From Candidatus Nitrosopumilus koreensis AR1 (GTDB lineage Archaea > Thermoproteota > Nitrososphaeria > Nitrososphaerales > Nitrosopumilaceae): 32,000 bases of DNA. The position numbers and the translations under genes were made by a program. Positions 1 through 9,392 of this stretch are shown here, piece by piece. Under the pieces are notes generated by a model. It saw only the letters and a program-made list of their open reading frames with translations. It did no database searches and was not told where the DNA came from. How positions within the stretch are numbered: the stretch's first letter is position 1; each line of letters begins with the position of its first letter. The stretch lies in contig NC_018655.1 of the NCBI RefSeq assembly GCF_000299365.1, positions 1,607,965 to 1,639,964 on the forward strand, in the 5' to 3' direction.

Positions 1-468
1 AGAGGCAGTAGTGGTTCAGAATCACACGTAACAGAAAGTGTGGTATCTCAGATTCTAACTGAGATTGATGGACTAGAAGAACTACACAATGTACTGATAG
101 TTGGTGCAACAAATCGACTAGATATTGTAGATGATGCATTACTTAGACCTGGTAGATTCGACAGAATTATCGAAGTCCCAAATCCTGATGCAAAAGGTAG
201 ACAAAACATCTTTGAGATTCATACCAAAAAGAAACCCCTTGCAAGTGATGTGAATATTGCAAAACTTGTAGAGTTGACTGATGGATTTAGTGGTGCAGAA
301 ATTGCTGCAGTTGCAAATAGAGCTGCGATTGCTGCTCTCAAGAAGTATGTAGGTGGCAAAGCACAAAATGTTAAAGACATCAAGATATCTCAACAGGAAT
401 TAATTGATGCAATTGACAAGGTCAAGCCTCGAAAAAAAGAGGCTCCACCAACTCAATCCATAAAATAG
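1..468 (+). CDS. C-terminal part of a CDC48/VCP-like AAA+ ATPase (5' truncated by window edge)
   Basis: Frame 1 is open from base 1; translation contains EIDGL...VLIVGATNRLDIVDDALLRPGRFDRIIEVPNPD, the AAA second region of homology typical of CDC48/VCP; ends KKEAPPTQSIK*. Confidence 0.93.
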   Translation, partial: RGSSGSESHVTESVVSQILTEIDGLEELHNVLIVGATNRLDIVDDALLRPGRFDRIIEVPNPDAKGRQNIFEIHTKKKPLASDVNIAKLVELTDGFSGAEIAAVANRAAIAALKKYVGGKAQNVKDIKISQQELIDAIDKVKPRKKEAPPTQSIK

Positions 469-485
469 TCTAAATACTAAGGAAA

Positions 486-716
486 ATGAGACAAAACATG
501 AAACTGTATCTTGACTTTAACCCTTGCCAAGAATGCAACACCATGATGGCAGAACTTAGTAGTCCTGAGATGTTGTTTGCTGATGAAAAAACCCGAGCAG
601 ACGAATCTGCAAAGTTTCTCAGACACTTGACATATAACCACAACGAAGTGGTTCAAGCTGTAATGGATGATCTTCCAAAACAAAAAAGAGATCAAGAACC
701 TGACTTCTACAAATAA
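486..716 (+). CDS. Conserved small hypothetical protein (76 aa)
   Basis: Compact ORF in the gap between two genes, charged soluble composition, CxxC in FNPCQEC. Confidence 0.6.
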   Translation: MRQNMKLYLDFNPCQECNTMMAELSSPEMLFADEKTRADESAKFLRHLTYNHNEVVQAVMDDLPKQKRDQEPDFYK

Positions 717-780
717 TCTTCTTTTTCATTACTAGAAATTAGTAATCATATTCATATACAAAATTACCCTAAATTCTTTA

Positions 781-1224
781 GTGCAAAAAATAAAAATCAG
801 TTATATATTTGGCCTGATTGCAATTATCGTCTTATTTGGCATAACCCCTTCGTTTGCAGTTGAAACTGAACAAGAACCACAACCGCCAGAAATTCCTGAA
901 CCTTCACCTGAACCTAAACCAATTCCACTACCTGAACCAGAACCAACACCACAACCATTTCCAGGGGAAACCGAATCAGAAAAAATCCAAAGACTGACTG
1001 AAGAAAATGAAAAACTAAAACAACAAAACAAGAATCTTCAAGACCAAATATCCAGCCTGAAAAATGAAAAATTAGGATTACAATCTCAGATATCTGAGCT
1101 ACGTGAAAAGATAGATAATCTAAAGGAAATTACAATGGAGCAAATTCGTGTAATTATGGATTTAGTAAGTAGATTAAAAGATGTATTTTATGAAAAAATA
1201 ATTTCTCCTACAATTAACATGTAG
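781..1224 (+). CDS. Secreted or membrane-anchored protein with Pro/Glu-rich linker and long coiled coil
   Basis: GTG start; N-terminal hydrophobic signal/anchor (ISYIFGLIAIIVLFGITPSFA), PEPSPEPKPIPLPEPEPTPQP linker, then heptad-like coiled coil. Confidence 0.7.
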   Translation: MQKIKISYIFGLIAIIVLFGITPSFAVETEQEPQPPEIPEPSPEPKPIPLPEPEPTPQPFPGETESEKIQRLTEENEKLKQQNKNLQDQISSLKNEKLGLQSQISELREKIDNLKEITMEQIRVIMDLVSRLKDVFYEKIISPTINM

Positions 1225-1238
1225 GATTTTTTGGTTTT

Positions 1239-2159
1239 TTACTCATCAAGCTTTAATGTTTTCCTAATCAAAACAGCTCTGTTTCTTATTGTAACATCGC
1301 TTACTCCTGCCTCAACTGAGAATTTCTTTTGACTGATTTTTTCCCCGTTCATTATACATGAAATGTATAATGAAGCAGCAGCTTGTGCCACTGGATGTTT
1401 TCCGGCAGTGATCTGTTCTTTTTCACAGAGCTTTAGTATCTCAAATGCGCCCCGTTTTGTCTTTTCTTTCAAATTCATATTGTTTGAAATTTTTGAGATA
1501 AACGAGGAAGTGTCGTATTGATTAAGATTCAATCCAAGCTTTTTGATTATGGTTCTTAAATCTCTGGAAAGTATTCTTCTTTCTACATTACCGGCATTGG
1601 CAATATCATCTAATGTTCTTGGGATGTTGTTTTCTCTACATGACGCATATAACGAGGCTGAAATCAATGATGCCATTGTTCTTCCTCTAGTTAGTTTTGC
1701 ACTAACTATTTTTCTGTAAATGTATGCAGCATTTTCTACTACGTTATCTGGTATTCCTAATTTTGTTTTCATCGAATGTAGTAAAGTAAAGGCCTTGCTC
1801 AAAGTAGCAGTTTTTCTTGATTTACTTCTTTGATCCCATGTTCTGAGTCTATTGAATTCATATTTTGTTTTACTTGATAATGCATTTCCAGAAGAATCTT
1901 TATTATTTCCAATCACAGTTGATAATCCTTTGTCAAACATCGTTAGTGATGTTGAAGGACCTGTTCGTGCTTGTTTCATAAAGTCTTCCTGAGTGTAACC
2001 GTTGTTTTCGTATGATGTGTCAGCTAAGTTTTGCACTAGAATAAGACCGCAACCCCCACAAAAAATTTCTCCTCGTTCAGAATCTGTTATTGCAGGATAG
2101 GTTTTGCAAGCGTCTAGTTTACACTTGACATCATAATCATTTGAATAATTTTCTACCAC
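1239..2159 (-). CDS. tfb: Transcription initiation factor TFB (TFIIB-like)
   Basis: Zn-ribbon-like N-terminus (CKLDAC...CGGCG), RTGPSTSLTMFDKGLSTVI region, two cyclin-like repeats (GRTMASLISASLYASCR; KHPVAQAAASLYISC). Confidence 0.93.
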   Translation of the reverse strand: MVENYSNDYDVKCKLDACKTYPAITDSERGEIFCGGCGLILVQNLADTSYENNGYTQEDFMKQARTGPSTSLTMFDKGLSTVIGNNKDSSGNALSSKTKYEFNRLRTWDQRSKSRKTATLSKAFTLLHSMKTKLGIPDNVVENAAYIYRKIVSAKLTRGRTMASLISASLYASCRENNIPRTLDDIANAGNVERRILSRDLRTIIKKLGLNLNQYDTSSFISKISNNMNLKEKTKRGAFEILKLCEKEQITAGKHPVAQAAASLYISCIMNGEKISQKKFSVEAGVSDVTIRNRAVLIRKTLKLDE

Positions 2160-2335
2160 TGTTAACTAGTATTAGTCGACATAAAATAAAAATAAACTGT
2201 TAGAGGAAATTTTGAGATGAAAACTAAACTTTACAAACAAAAAATTCCTGATCTTTTTAAAAAATAAACTTCTTAAAAACAGTACGTCATACATCATATT
2301 AAATGTTAAAAATGAAAAAGAAATTCCTTTGAAAA

Positions 2336-2527
2336 TTATTTTTTGATTGATTCTAAAGAATGGCCACGATTTTGGATCATCTGTGTAACTGCTTCTACAG
2401 TATAATCAATTCCATGCTCTTCTTCAAAATGGTTTCTTAATTTCTCAATTGTGCCAACAGATTTTTCTTCATCAATTTGATATTGACATTCAAAACCATA
2501 ATCTTCACATCTAAGTTTGAGAGTCAT
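2336..2527 (-). CDS. Small DUF1059-like protein
   Basis: 63 aa; LRCEDYGFECQYQI...HFEEEHGI pattern resembles small DUF1059 proteins. Confidence 0.7.
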   Translation of the reverse strand: MTLKLRCEDYGFECQYQIDEEKSVGTIEKLRNHFEEEHGIDYTVEAVTQMIQNRGHSLESIKK

Positions 2528-2652
2528 TTAGTCTGGAGAAAATATTAAACCTATAAAAACCATGGACCTGTCTTTCACACAAACGAAATTAGTCATTTTG
2601 AACCTAAAATGTATCAAATAGCACTAATAACATCTGTTATTATGAATTAGAT

Positions 2653-3033
2653 ATGAAAGGGTTAGAGTTTATTTTTCTTGCAGCGGGTTCTGTTCTTGGA
2701 GCATTTCTAAGATACAAAGTAACAGAATCACCTTTGATCTTCAATACATTACCACTAAACGTTTTGATAGTAAATATGGTTGGCGCATTTGTTCTTGGAG
2801 CATTTATTGTTATTTCAGAACAATGGAATCTTGATGGAAGATATTCTCTTTTTGCAGCAGTAGGATTTTGTGGTTCTCTTACAACAATGTCTTCATTTGC
2901 TCTTGATTCTAGTAATCTGATAGAAAGCAATCATTATGGAACACTTGCAGTCAACATAATTGCCAATGTTGGGTTATCTATTGGAGCATTAATTGGAGGA
3001 AAATCCTTAATGAGTGCAATAATATCTAATTAA
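2653..3033 (+). CDS. crcB: CrcB/Fluc-type fluoride exporter
   Basis: Four TM segments with GAFLRYKV, NxxGAFVLGAF and GFCGSLTTMSSF motifs characteristic of CrcB. Confidence 0.92.
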   Translation: MKGLEFIFLAAGSVLGAFLRYKVTESPLIFNTLPLNVLIVNMVGAFVLGAFIVISEQWNLDGRYSLFAAVGFCGSLTTMSSFALDSSNLIESNHYGTLAVNIIANVGLSIGALIGGKSLMSAIISN

Positions 3034-3039
3034 TTAGAA

Positions 3040-3267
3040 ATGGTCTATTCCTATCAAGTTGTAAAATTTCAATCAATATCATTTGTTCAAGGAACTCATT
3101 GGTCACAATCTGTAGGCGATAAAGGAATACTATACAAATCACTCAAAGATCCATTTTCAAAACTAATAGTTCAAACTAATGATGCAAAAAAATTATTTCA
3201 TGTGCCAAAAGACAGAACTGTGGTTGTTACAAATGATACTGTTCATTTTCTAGGCGAATTAGCTTAG
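3040..3267 (+). CDS. Hypothetical protein (75 aa) directly downstream of crcB
   Basis: ORF begins 6 nt after the crcB stop, same strand. Confidence 0.55.
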   Translation: MVYSYQVVKFQSISFVQGTHWSQSVGDKGILYKSLKDPFSKLIVQTNDAKKLFHVPKDRTVVVTNDTVHFLGELA

Positions 3268-3540
3268 TTATTTAAAAAACTGATCAACTTGATCTCTATA
3301 TTTCAGTGCAATCTTTCCAAAATCTGAAAAATCCTCTACAGTTGGATTTTTCATTCTCATTGCGTATTGATTCACAAATACAGACAAAGCACTACCTATG
3401 ATTAAATTGTACACACCATCTGCAACATTATTTGAGTACGGAAATGCAACTTTAATAAAAGGCAGATATGACTCTGTTTGAGATATCATTAACTTGATAT
3501 GCTTTTCAACAACATCTTCTACATCAGTAGGTATTGCCAT
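3268..3540 (-). CDS. Hypothetical protein (90 aa)
   Basis: ORF filling the gap, abutting the preceding convergent ORF. Confidence 0.6.
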   Translation of the reverse strand: MAIPTDVEDVVEKHIKLMISQTESYLPFIKVAFPYSNNVADGVYNLIIGSALSVFVNQYAMRMKNPTVEDFSDFGKIALKYRDQVDQFFK

Positions 3541-3648
3541 GATTTTACTAGTATTGATTTCTTATAAGTAGATCTTTTACACAGGGTGTTGTTTTCAAAG
3601 TTGATAATTGCTTTTAGAATTTATTAAAAAAAATACTGGAATGGTTTT

Positions 3649-4128
3649 ATGGTGGCAAAAAAACCTACCAAAAAACCTTCAGTCCCATCTCCATTTCTAA
3701 CTTCAAGTTGGTTTGATATTGACAAATCAATTAATAATTTAAAAAAGGAGATGGAAAAAGCATTTTCTTCATTCCCAACAACAATGATGCCAAGAATATC
3801 ACAAACATCTTGTGATATTATTGATGAAGGGAAACAGTTCCGTGTAAAAATGGATGTTCCGGGAATAAAGAAAAATGAAATAAAACTGAATGTGACTGAA
3901 AATTCTCTTGAAATTTCAGGAGAGCATAAGGAAGAATCCGAAGAAAAGAAGAAAAATTTCCTTACAAAAGAACGCAGTCAGGTATCATACTATAGAACTC
4001 TGCCTCTTTCTGAAAACATAGTTGCATCTAAGGTAAAGGCAAAACTTAGTGATGGGGTTTTAGATATAACACTACCAAAATCTAAACCTACAAAGACCCA
4101 AAAGAAGAAATCAGTCTCAATTCAATAG
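3649..4128 (+). CDS. Small heat shock protein, Hsp20/alpha-crystallin family
   Basis: FRVKMDVPGIKKNEIKLNVTENSLEISGEHKEE...ERSQVSYYRTLPLSENI...AKLSDGVLDITLPK is the classic alpha-crystallin domain. Confidence 0.94.
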   Translation: MVAKKPTKKPSVPSPFLTSSWFDIDKSINNLKKEMEKAFSSFPTTMMPRISQTSCDIIDEGKQFRVKMDVPGIKKNEIKLNVTENSLEISGEHKEESEEKKKNFLTKERSQVSYYRTLPLSENIVASKVKAKLSDGVLDITLPKSKPTKTQKKKSVSIQ

Positions 4129-4347
4129 TTGTTCTTTCACAACCACTTGAGATAGATATTTTTCTTTTCCTTTTCTGCTTCTAGGCAAACACCTTAACTG
4201 CCTGTTACAACATGGGCAAGTTAGCCCGTCATAGTCTACAAATACTTCACAATAATTACATCTCTTCTGACCTGCAGCGTATCTTCCAATTTGTGACGGT
4301 TTTAGTGCTTTGTACTCTTTGCATTTACCAATACAATACGTCATCAA
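4117..4347 (-). CDS. Small protein with zinc-ribbon-like cysteine pairs
   Basis: CIGKC...CNYCEVF...CPCC; 76 aa; overlaps the end of the Hsp20 gene by 12 nt (convergent). Confidence 0.65.
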   Translation of the reverse strand: MMTYCIGKCKEYKALKPSQIGRYAAGQKRCNYCEVFVDYDGLTCPCCNRQLRCLPRSRKGKEKYLSQVVVKEQLLN

Positions 4348-4451
4348 TGAAGCCTAAAATTATTCAAAAATAAAAGGTTTGATTGCACTGCAACGCACTT
4401 TTTGAATATCTTCCAAATTGAATTTATAATACTAGTCTCCACTTTTGGCTG

Positions 4452-4751
4452 TTGCATTATCTGGATGAAAAAGTATTTGGAAATATCACTACAAAAGAAA
4501 TCATTGGTGCAGAACCACCAGAAATTCCTGATACGAGAGATAATTTAGAAAACGAACTTGCAACTTTACTGTCCGAATTAGAATCACAGTCAAAAGAAAA
4601 TCTTGAAAAACTACTAGAAAAACAAAAGGCTGCAGAGGATCATGTCAATAGTAGGCCTGGAGCTATGGCACTATCCCAACCTAAAATTCAATTGTTTACA
4701 ACATACAGTCAAAGATACATAAAATCAATTAAAGAAAAATTAGAATCTTAG
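4452..4751 (+). CDS. Hypothetical protein (99 aa)
   Basis: Intact ORF; Glu/Leu-rich helical composition; converges with the downstream minus-strand gene (4 nt overlap). Confidence 0.6.
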   Translation: MHYLDEKVFGNITTKEIIGAEPPEIPDTRDNLENELATLLSELESQSKENLEKLLEKQKAAEDHVNSRPGAMALSQPKIQLFTTYSQRYIKSIKEKLES

Positions 4752-5692
4752 ACTTTTTTCTTTTTGCTACGTTTTTTTGGAGATGCCTTTCTTCGTACTA
4801 GTAATGATATGATTGCACCTGCTGGAATTCCTATAATTGTTCCAAGACTAACATAGGGGGCAATAAAGAAACTTCCAATCCAAATTCCACCATCAGTTGT
4901 CAATTCCATAAATGTTCGTGGTCTTAGAGTTACTGAAACTGTCTGTGAATCTTCTTTTTGTTCTCCAACATCGTCTGTATATTGTACAATAATCTCAAAT
5001 GGAATCTTGTATTCCGTATTTACTTCATCAGTTGGGGTGATGATTCTTGATGTTATTCCTATAGGAGTATTTTTTTGTATTTTAGAAAAAGTATGTGATG
5101 TTTCACCTCTAAACTCAATATCTTTAGGCGAAATGATCTTGATTCTAACATCTGTAATATCAATATCTTCAGAAATCACACCTACTTCTATTGGAAACTC
5201 TGCATTTGCAAAAATTGATTCAGGTGTTTTTGTATAAATTGTAACATTTGGATCAGCTTTTATGGTAATTGGAATTGCAATGTCATAAAAGAATGGTTCT
5301 TGTGGTGTTTTATTATTTGATACAAGAACCTGAGAATATTTTATGTTAAGAAAATGAATTCCTGGATTTGCATTATCTGTGATGTATAGATTGATATTTT
5401 CTCCATATGATCCACCTTGCGCCAATTTGTCAATTATGATATTTTTTGGCTCTACATTTAATCCTCGAATCTCAGATACCAAGAACTCAAATGAAATATC
5501 CTGTTTTTCTTCCCATCCGTTATTTTTTACTAAAATCGAGATAATTCCTTCTCGCCCTACTACAATTTCACCAGGATGCGTGATCTCAATATCCATCCCT
5601 CCTTCTAGATTCTGAACTAGGGTTTCTGCGTAAACATTTGGAATTAGCATAAAGAATCCCAACATCAAGGGGACGGTCCATAGCGGTCTCAT
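4748..5692 (-). CDS. Secreted/membrane-anchored protein with beta-sandwich-like repeats
   Basis: Signal peptide (MRPLWTVPLMLGFFMLIPNVYA), repeated beta-rich segments, one C-terminal TM followed by RRKASPKKRSKKKKV. Confidence 0.75.
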   Translation of the reverse strand: MRPLWTVPLMLGFFMLIPNVYAETLVQNLEGGMDIEITHPGEIVVGREGIISILVKNNGWEEKQDISFEFLVSEIRGLNVEPKNIIIDKLAQGGSYGENINLYITDNANPGIHFLNIKYSQVLVSNNKTPQEPFFYDIAIPITIKADPNVTIYTKTPESIFANAEFPIEVGVISEDIDITDVRIKIISPKDIEFRGETSHTFSKIQKNTPIGITSRIITPTDEVNTEYKIPFEIIVQYTDDVGEQKEDSQTVSVTLRPRTFMELTTDGGIWIGSFFIAPYVSLGTIIGIPAGAIISLLVRRKASPKKRSKKKKV

Positions 5693-5807
5693 TTCTTACC
5701 TCAAATAACTCCGTAATCCCTATTCTGTGTTATTGTCAGGCTCAAAATTTTGCAAAAAAACTTGTTGATTCATAAATACCAACCAACGGAGGACTCTAGA
5801 AATAATC

Positions 5808-6712
5808 ATGGTAAGTAAAACAAAAGAACTCTGTCCAAGATGTGCGCAGGGAAAACTAGTAACTGATAATGAATCCGGAGAGATGTTTTGCTCCAAATGT
5901 GGGTTTGTGATCACTGAAAAATTACAAGAGGCAGGCCCTGAATGGAGATCATTTACACAAGACGAACACGGAGACAGGGCAAGAGCAGGCGCTCCTACCT
6001 CATTGACTATGCATGACATGGGTCTTGCTACAATAATTAATCCAGTAAACAAGGATGCTTCTGGAAGACCACTAACAGCTTCTATGAAAAGTACTATTGA
6101 GAGATTACGAACTTGGGATAGTAGAAGCCAAGTTCATGAACCAGTTGATAGAAATTTCAGACAAGCATTTAGTGAATTAAACAGACTAAAAGACAAACTA
6201 GCAATTTCTGATGCAGTAATTGAAAAGGCAGCTTACATTTACAGAAAAGCATTAGATAAAGGACTCGTTAGAGGTCGCTCCATTTCAGCTTTGATGGCAT
6301 CAGCACTTTATGCTGCATGTCGTGATACTGAAACTCCAAGAAATCTAAAAGATGTTGAACAAGCAGCAAACATCAAAAGAAAAGATATCGCAAGATGTTA
6401 CAGATTACTAGTAAAAGAACTTGACTTGAAGATGCCAGTAACTGATTCAATTCAATGTGTTGCAAGAATTGCCAGTAGAATTGGAATTGCAGAAAAACAA
6501 AGAGATATGCAGTTAAAGTGCTCAAAAAAGCACAAGAAAACGAAGTTTCAGCAGGAAAAGATCCAATGGGATTAGCTGCTGCTGCACTATACCTATCATG
6601 TGTCAAAAATGGTGAAGATAAGACTCAGCGTGATATTGCAGAAGCTGCAAACGTGACTGAAGTTACCATTAGAAATAGGTACAAAGGTCTCAAAGAATCC
6701 CTCGATCTTTAA
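5808..6712 (+). pseudogene. tfb: Transcription initiation factor TFB interrupted by an apparent 1-nt deletion near 6509/6510 (possibly a sequencing error)
   Basis: ORF 5808-6575 gives Zn ribbon (CPRCAQGKL...MFCSKCGF) and first cyclin repeat; ORF 6518-6712 in another frame gives the rest of the second repeat (LKKAQENEVSAGKDPMGLAAAALYLSCVKNGEDKTQRDIAEAANVTEVTIRNRYK). Confidence 0.9.
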
Positions 6713-8184
6713 TCAAATTTTTCTTGAAAATTTACTTTTTTTACAAATCCACCTTCGTTTGACTCATCCATTAAATTTTCTACTTTTTTTGATTCATCTT
6801 TAGATGCACCATCATCAGAATCTTCAGGTGGTTTTACAAATCCACCTTCAGTTGATTCTGGAGGAGGAATATTTTTTGCTCTTCCCATTCCAATTGTTGT
6901 AATAATTACTGATGCCAAAATGATAAAGAATATGATTTGTGGATATGCTTCTGCATTTGAGAGCCCCATAGTTATTGGATATGTAGCGAGTACTGCTGCA
7001 GCAAGCCCTCTAGGAATCATAGAATTTGTAACAGCTCTGTCCAACTTGGAAAATCTTTTTGTCAGTGTAATTTTTGCAACAATTCCTCTTCCAAAGAAAA
7101 CTGCAATTGTTACTAAAATTCCAAATATCATATATTCTATTTGTCCAAAACTTGCCATTAATCCAACAAATACAAAGAAAAATGCTCTTACCAAAAATGT
7201 GAGCTGGTTATGAGTTGGATCATCCATCTCGATTTTTGGTAATTTGAACTTAAGAATATGTGCTAGATGACTCTTATTTCCAACCATTAATCCAAATACT
7301 AATGCAGTTAATGCACCTGATTCTCCAAATGAATTTGCTAAGAAGAATAACACAAACAAAATTCCTAATGTAAGCATGTATCCATGTTGAGCATTTCCAA
7401 GCTTTGTTGAAACATACATCCAAGGAATTCCTACACCAAATCCCAGAACTAAACCTACTATAACTGCCCTTCCAAGTGTTTCTTGTAATGTCTGAATATC
7501 AAAATGTCCTGCAAGTACTGCTTCAAATAATATGAATGCAATAATTGTAGCTAAAATATCAGTTAGAGCTGATTCAAAACTTAGCATAGATTTTGCTTCT
7601 TCTGAAATCTGGACATTTCTAACCAATCCAAAAACAATTGCAGAACTACTTCCTCCAACAATTGAGCCCAACAAAATACTTTCTAACCATAACCATCCCA
7701 ATGCATAATGTGCTGCAACTGCAATTACTGTAACTGACAAAATAAAACCAAGAATAGCTAATGTGGATGAAAAATGTGCTGTTCTTATAACATGTTTGAT
7801 ATCTAAATTTAATCCTCCATCAAACATGATGATTATTAATGCCAGTGCTGCAAAATATGGAACCACTTGAATTACAGCTTCTGGTTGAATCAAACCTAGT
7901 ACTGGTCCTAGAATCACTCCTAGAATCATCAAGAATGCAACATCTGGTATTCCTGTTTTTTTAAAAAATGCTTCACCTGCAACTCCAAGAAAAATTACAA
8001 CCCCTGCTGCAAGCAAAATTACATGAGCTGGAGCAATAACACCATCTTGAACAGATAATGTTCCAATTGAGTTTTGCAACTCTGTAATTCTTTCTAAAAT
8101 AAAATTTGAATCAAAATTAGATAATGGTATTTCACCAAACTGGCCTCTAATTAAATTCAAAATAGACAAAACTATTGGATTCAT
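6709..8184 (-). CDS. Monovalent cation/proton antiporter (CPA family, NhaP/KefB-like)
   Basis: About 12 hydrophobic segments with GVILGPVLGL, FDGGLNLD, GGSSSAIVFGL, ESALTDILA, FFFVFVGLMA; hydrophilic C-terminal tail. Confidence 0.9.
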   Translation of the reverse strand: MNPIVLSILNLIRGQFGEIPLSNFDSNFILERITELQNSIGTLSVQDGVIAPAHVILLAAGVVIFLGVAGEAFFKKTGIPDVAFLMILGVILGPVLGLIQPEAVIQVVPYFAALALIIIMFDGGLNLDIKHVIRTAHFSSTLAILGFILSVTVIAVAAHYALGWLWLESILLGSIVGGSSSAIVFGLVRNVQISEEAKSMLSFESALTDILATIIAFILFEAVLAGHFDIQTLQETLGRAVIVGLVLGFGVGIPWMYVSTKLGNAQHGYMLTLGILFVLFFLANSFGESGALTALVFGLMVGNKSHLAHILKFKLPKIEMDDPTHNQLTFLVRAFFFVFVGLMASFGQIEYMIFGILVTIAVFFGRGIVAKITLTKRFSKLDRAVTNSMIPRGLAAAVLATYPITMGLSNAEAYPQIIFFIILASVIITTIGMGRAKNIPPPESTEGGFVKPPEDSDDGASKDESKKVENLMDESNEGGFVKKVNFQEKFD

Positions 8185-8297
8185 CTATTATTGCATCTCA
8201 ATATCTATGGATAAAAATTAAACTAGATTTGGTTAGTCATTTTAGCCTCATTAATTTTAGATACACCTTAAATCACCCCAAACAGTATTTTTCTTGA

Positions 8298-8840
8298 ATG
8301 AGTGCTACAAATGAACTTCGCGCAGATCACGTACAGGTAAGACGTCTTGAAAAAATTGTTTTCAAATGTGCAGAGGAATTAAAAAATGGAACAGATATTC
8401 CATTTTCTGATCTTACAAAGATAACTATTGTTATATCTGAATTTGTAGATACAATTCACCATTCTAGAGAAGAGGACTCTTATTTTCCATGTGTAGCAAG
8501 CTATGATTCTCTAAAAGATGAAATTCATAAATTTCTGGTTGAACATGAATTTGGAAGAAATGTTGCAAGAAAAATCCATCACCATCTAAAACAATGGAAA
8601 GCAGGTGAAGATGCAAGAGAACCTGTCTCAAGATATCTTAAAACATATGCAATATTTCTCAACGATCATCTAAACAAAGAAAACAAATTCTTTGATAACG
8701 TAGAAGCTAATGTTTTATCAAAAGAGGAAGAAACAGACATGTATGAACAATACAGATCTATATTTGCAGTCGTAAAGAAAGTTGAGGATATGATCAAAGA
8801 AATTGATTTCTTAGAGAATCAACCTTGGTTTAAAAATTAA
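8298..8840 (+). CDS. Hemerythrin HHE cation-binding domain protein
   Basis: His/Glu spacing: ADHVQVRR, FVDTIHHSREEDSYFP, EHEFGR, FLNDHLNKENKFF. Confidence 0.88.
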   Translation: MSATNELRADHVQVRRLEKIVFKCAEELKNGTDIPFSDLTKITIVISEFVDTIHHSREEDSYFPCVASYDSLKDEIHKFLVEHEFGRNVARKIHHHLKQWKAGEDAREPVSRYLKTYAIFLNDHLNKENKFFDNVEANVLSKEEETDMYEQYRSIFAVVKKVEDMIKEIDFLENQPWFKN

Positions 8841-8861
8841 CGTAAGCTCTTTATGGGCTGA

Positions 8862-9392
8862 TTGGAAATTTTTTACATGAAACCTTTTGTTCTTTGGATG
8901 ACTGGTCTCCCATGTTCTGGAAAGACTACAATCGTAAAAGATCTGCAAAAAGATATTCCAAATTTGGCAATGCTTGATGGAGATGAATTAAGAGAATGGT
9001 TTTCTCCAAAAGACTTTTCAAAAGCAGGACGTGATGAACACAACAAAAAAGTTGCTCATTTGGCAAAATTGTTGTTAAAACATGGTGTTCCAAGCGCAGT
9101 ATCTCTGGTATCTCCATATCTTGAGAACCGAGAAAATGCCAGAAAGATTATCGACGCAGGTGATCAGTTTGCAGAGTGTTATGTCAAATGTTCATTAGAA
9201 GAGTGCGAAAAAAGAGATGTCAAAGGCATGTATGCCAAGGCAAGAAAAGGGGAGATCAAAGGATTCACAGGAATTGATGATCCTTACGAAGCTCCAGAAA
9301 AAGCAGATCTAATTGTTGATACAGAAAATGAATCACTTGATGATAGTGCAAACAAAGTAAAGGACTTTCTTAAATCAAGAAACCTACTCTAA
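8862..9392 (+). CDS. cysC: Adenylylsulfate (APS) kinase
   Basis: P-loop WMTGLPCSGKTTI; MLDGDELREWFSP; VSPYLENRENAR; FTGIDDPYEAPEKADLIVDT. Actual start may be the internal ATG at MKPFVLW. Confidence 0.9.
   Translation: MEIFYMKPFVLWMTGLPCSGKTTIVKDLQKDIPNLAMLDGDELREWFSPKDFSKAGRDEHNKKVAHLAKLLLKHGVPSAVSLVSPYLENRENARKIIDAGDQFAECYVKCSLEECEKRDVKGMYAKARKGEIKGFTGIDDPYEAPEKADLIVDTENESLDDSANKVKDFLKSRNLL

Noticed and set aside
139-1031. Antisense ORFs 139-393 (-), 477-695 (-) and 801-1031 (-)
   Set aside because: They lie opposite clearly coding genes; the 801-1031 translation is a Gly/Ser shadow of the Pro/Glu linker.
2528-2652. Possible fluoride riboswitch ahead of crcB
   Set aside because: I could not find the conserved GGNGAUGG...UGAUG pseudoknot-forming pattern; the region is short and AT-rich.
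5007-5615. Plus-strand ORFs 5007-5237 and 5379-5615
   Set aside because: Antisense to the long minus-strand gene 4748-5692, with no recognisable domain.
6509-6518. Programmed ribosomal frameshift in the TFB gene
   Set aside because: No slippery heptamer or downstream stimulatory structure is apparent at the junction. A single missing G is the simpler explanation, though not proven.
5720-7213. ORFs 5720-6052 (-), 6373-6606 (-) and 6920-7213 (+)
   Set aside because: Antisense shadows of the TFB and antiporter genes.
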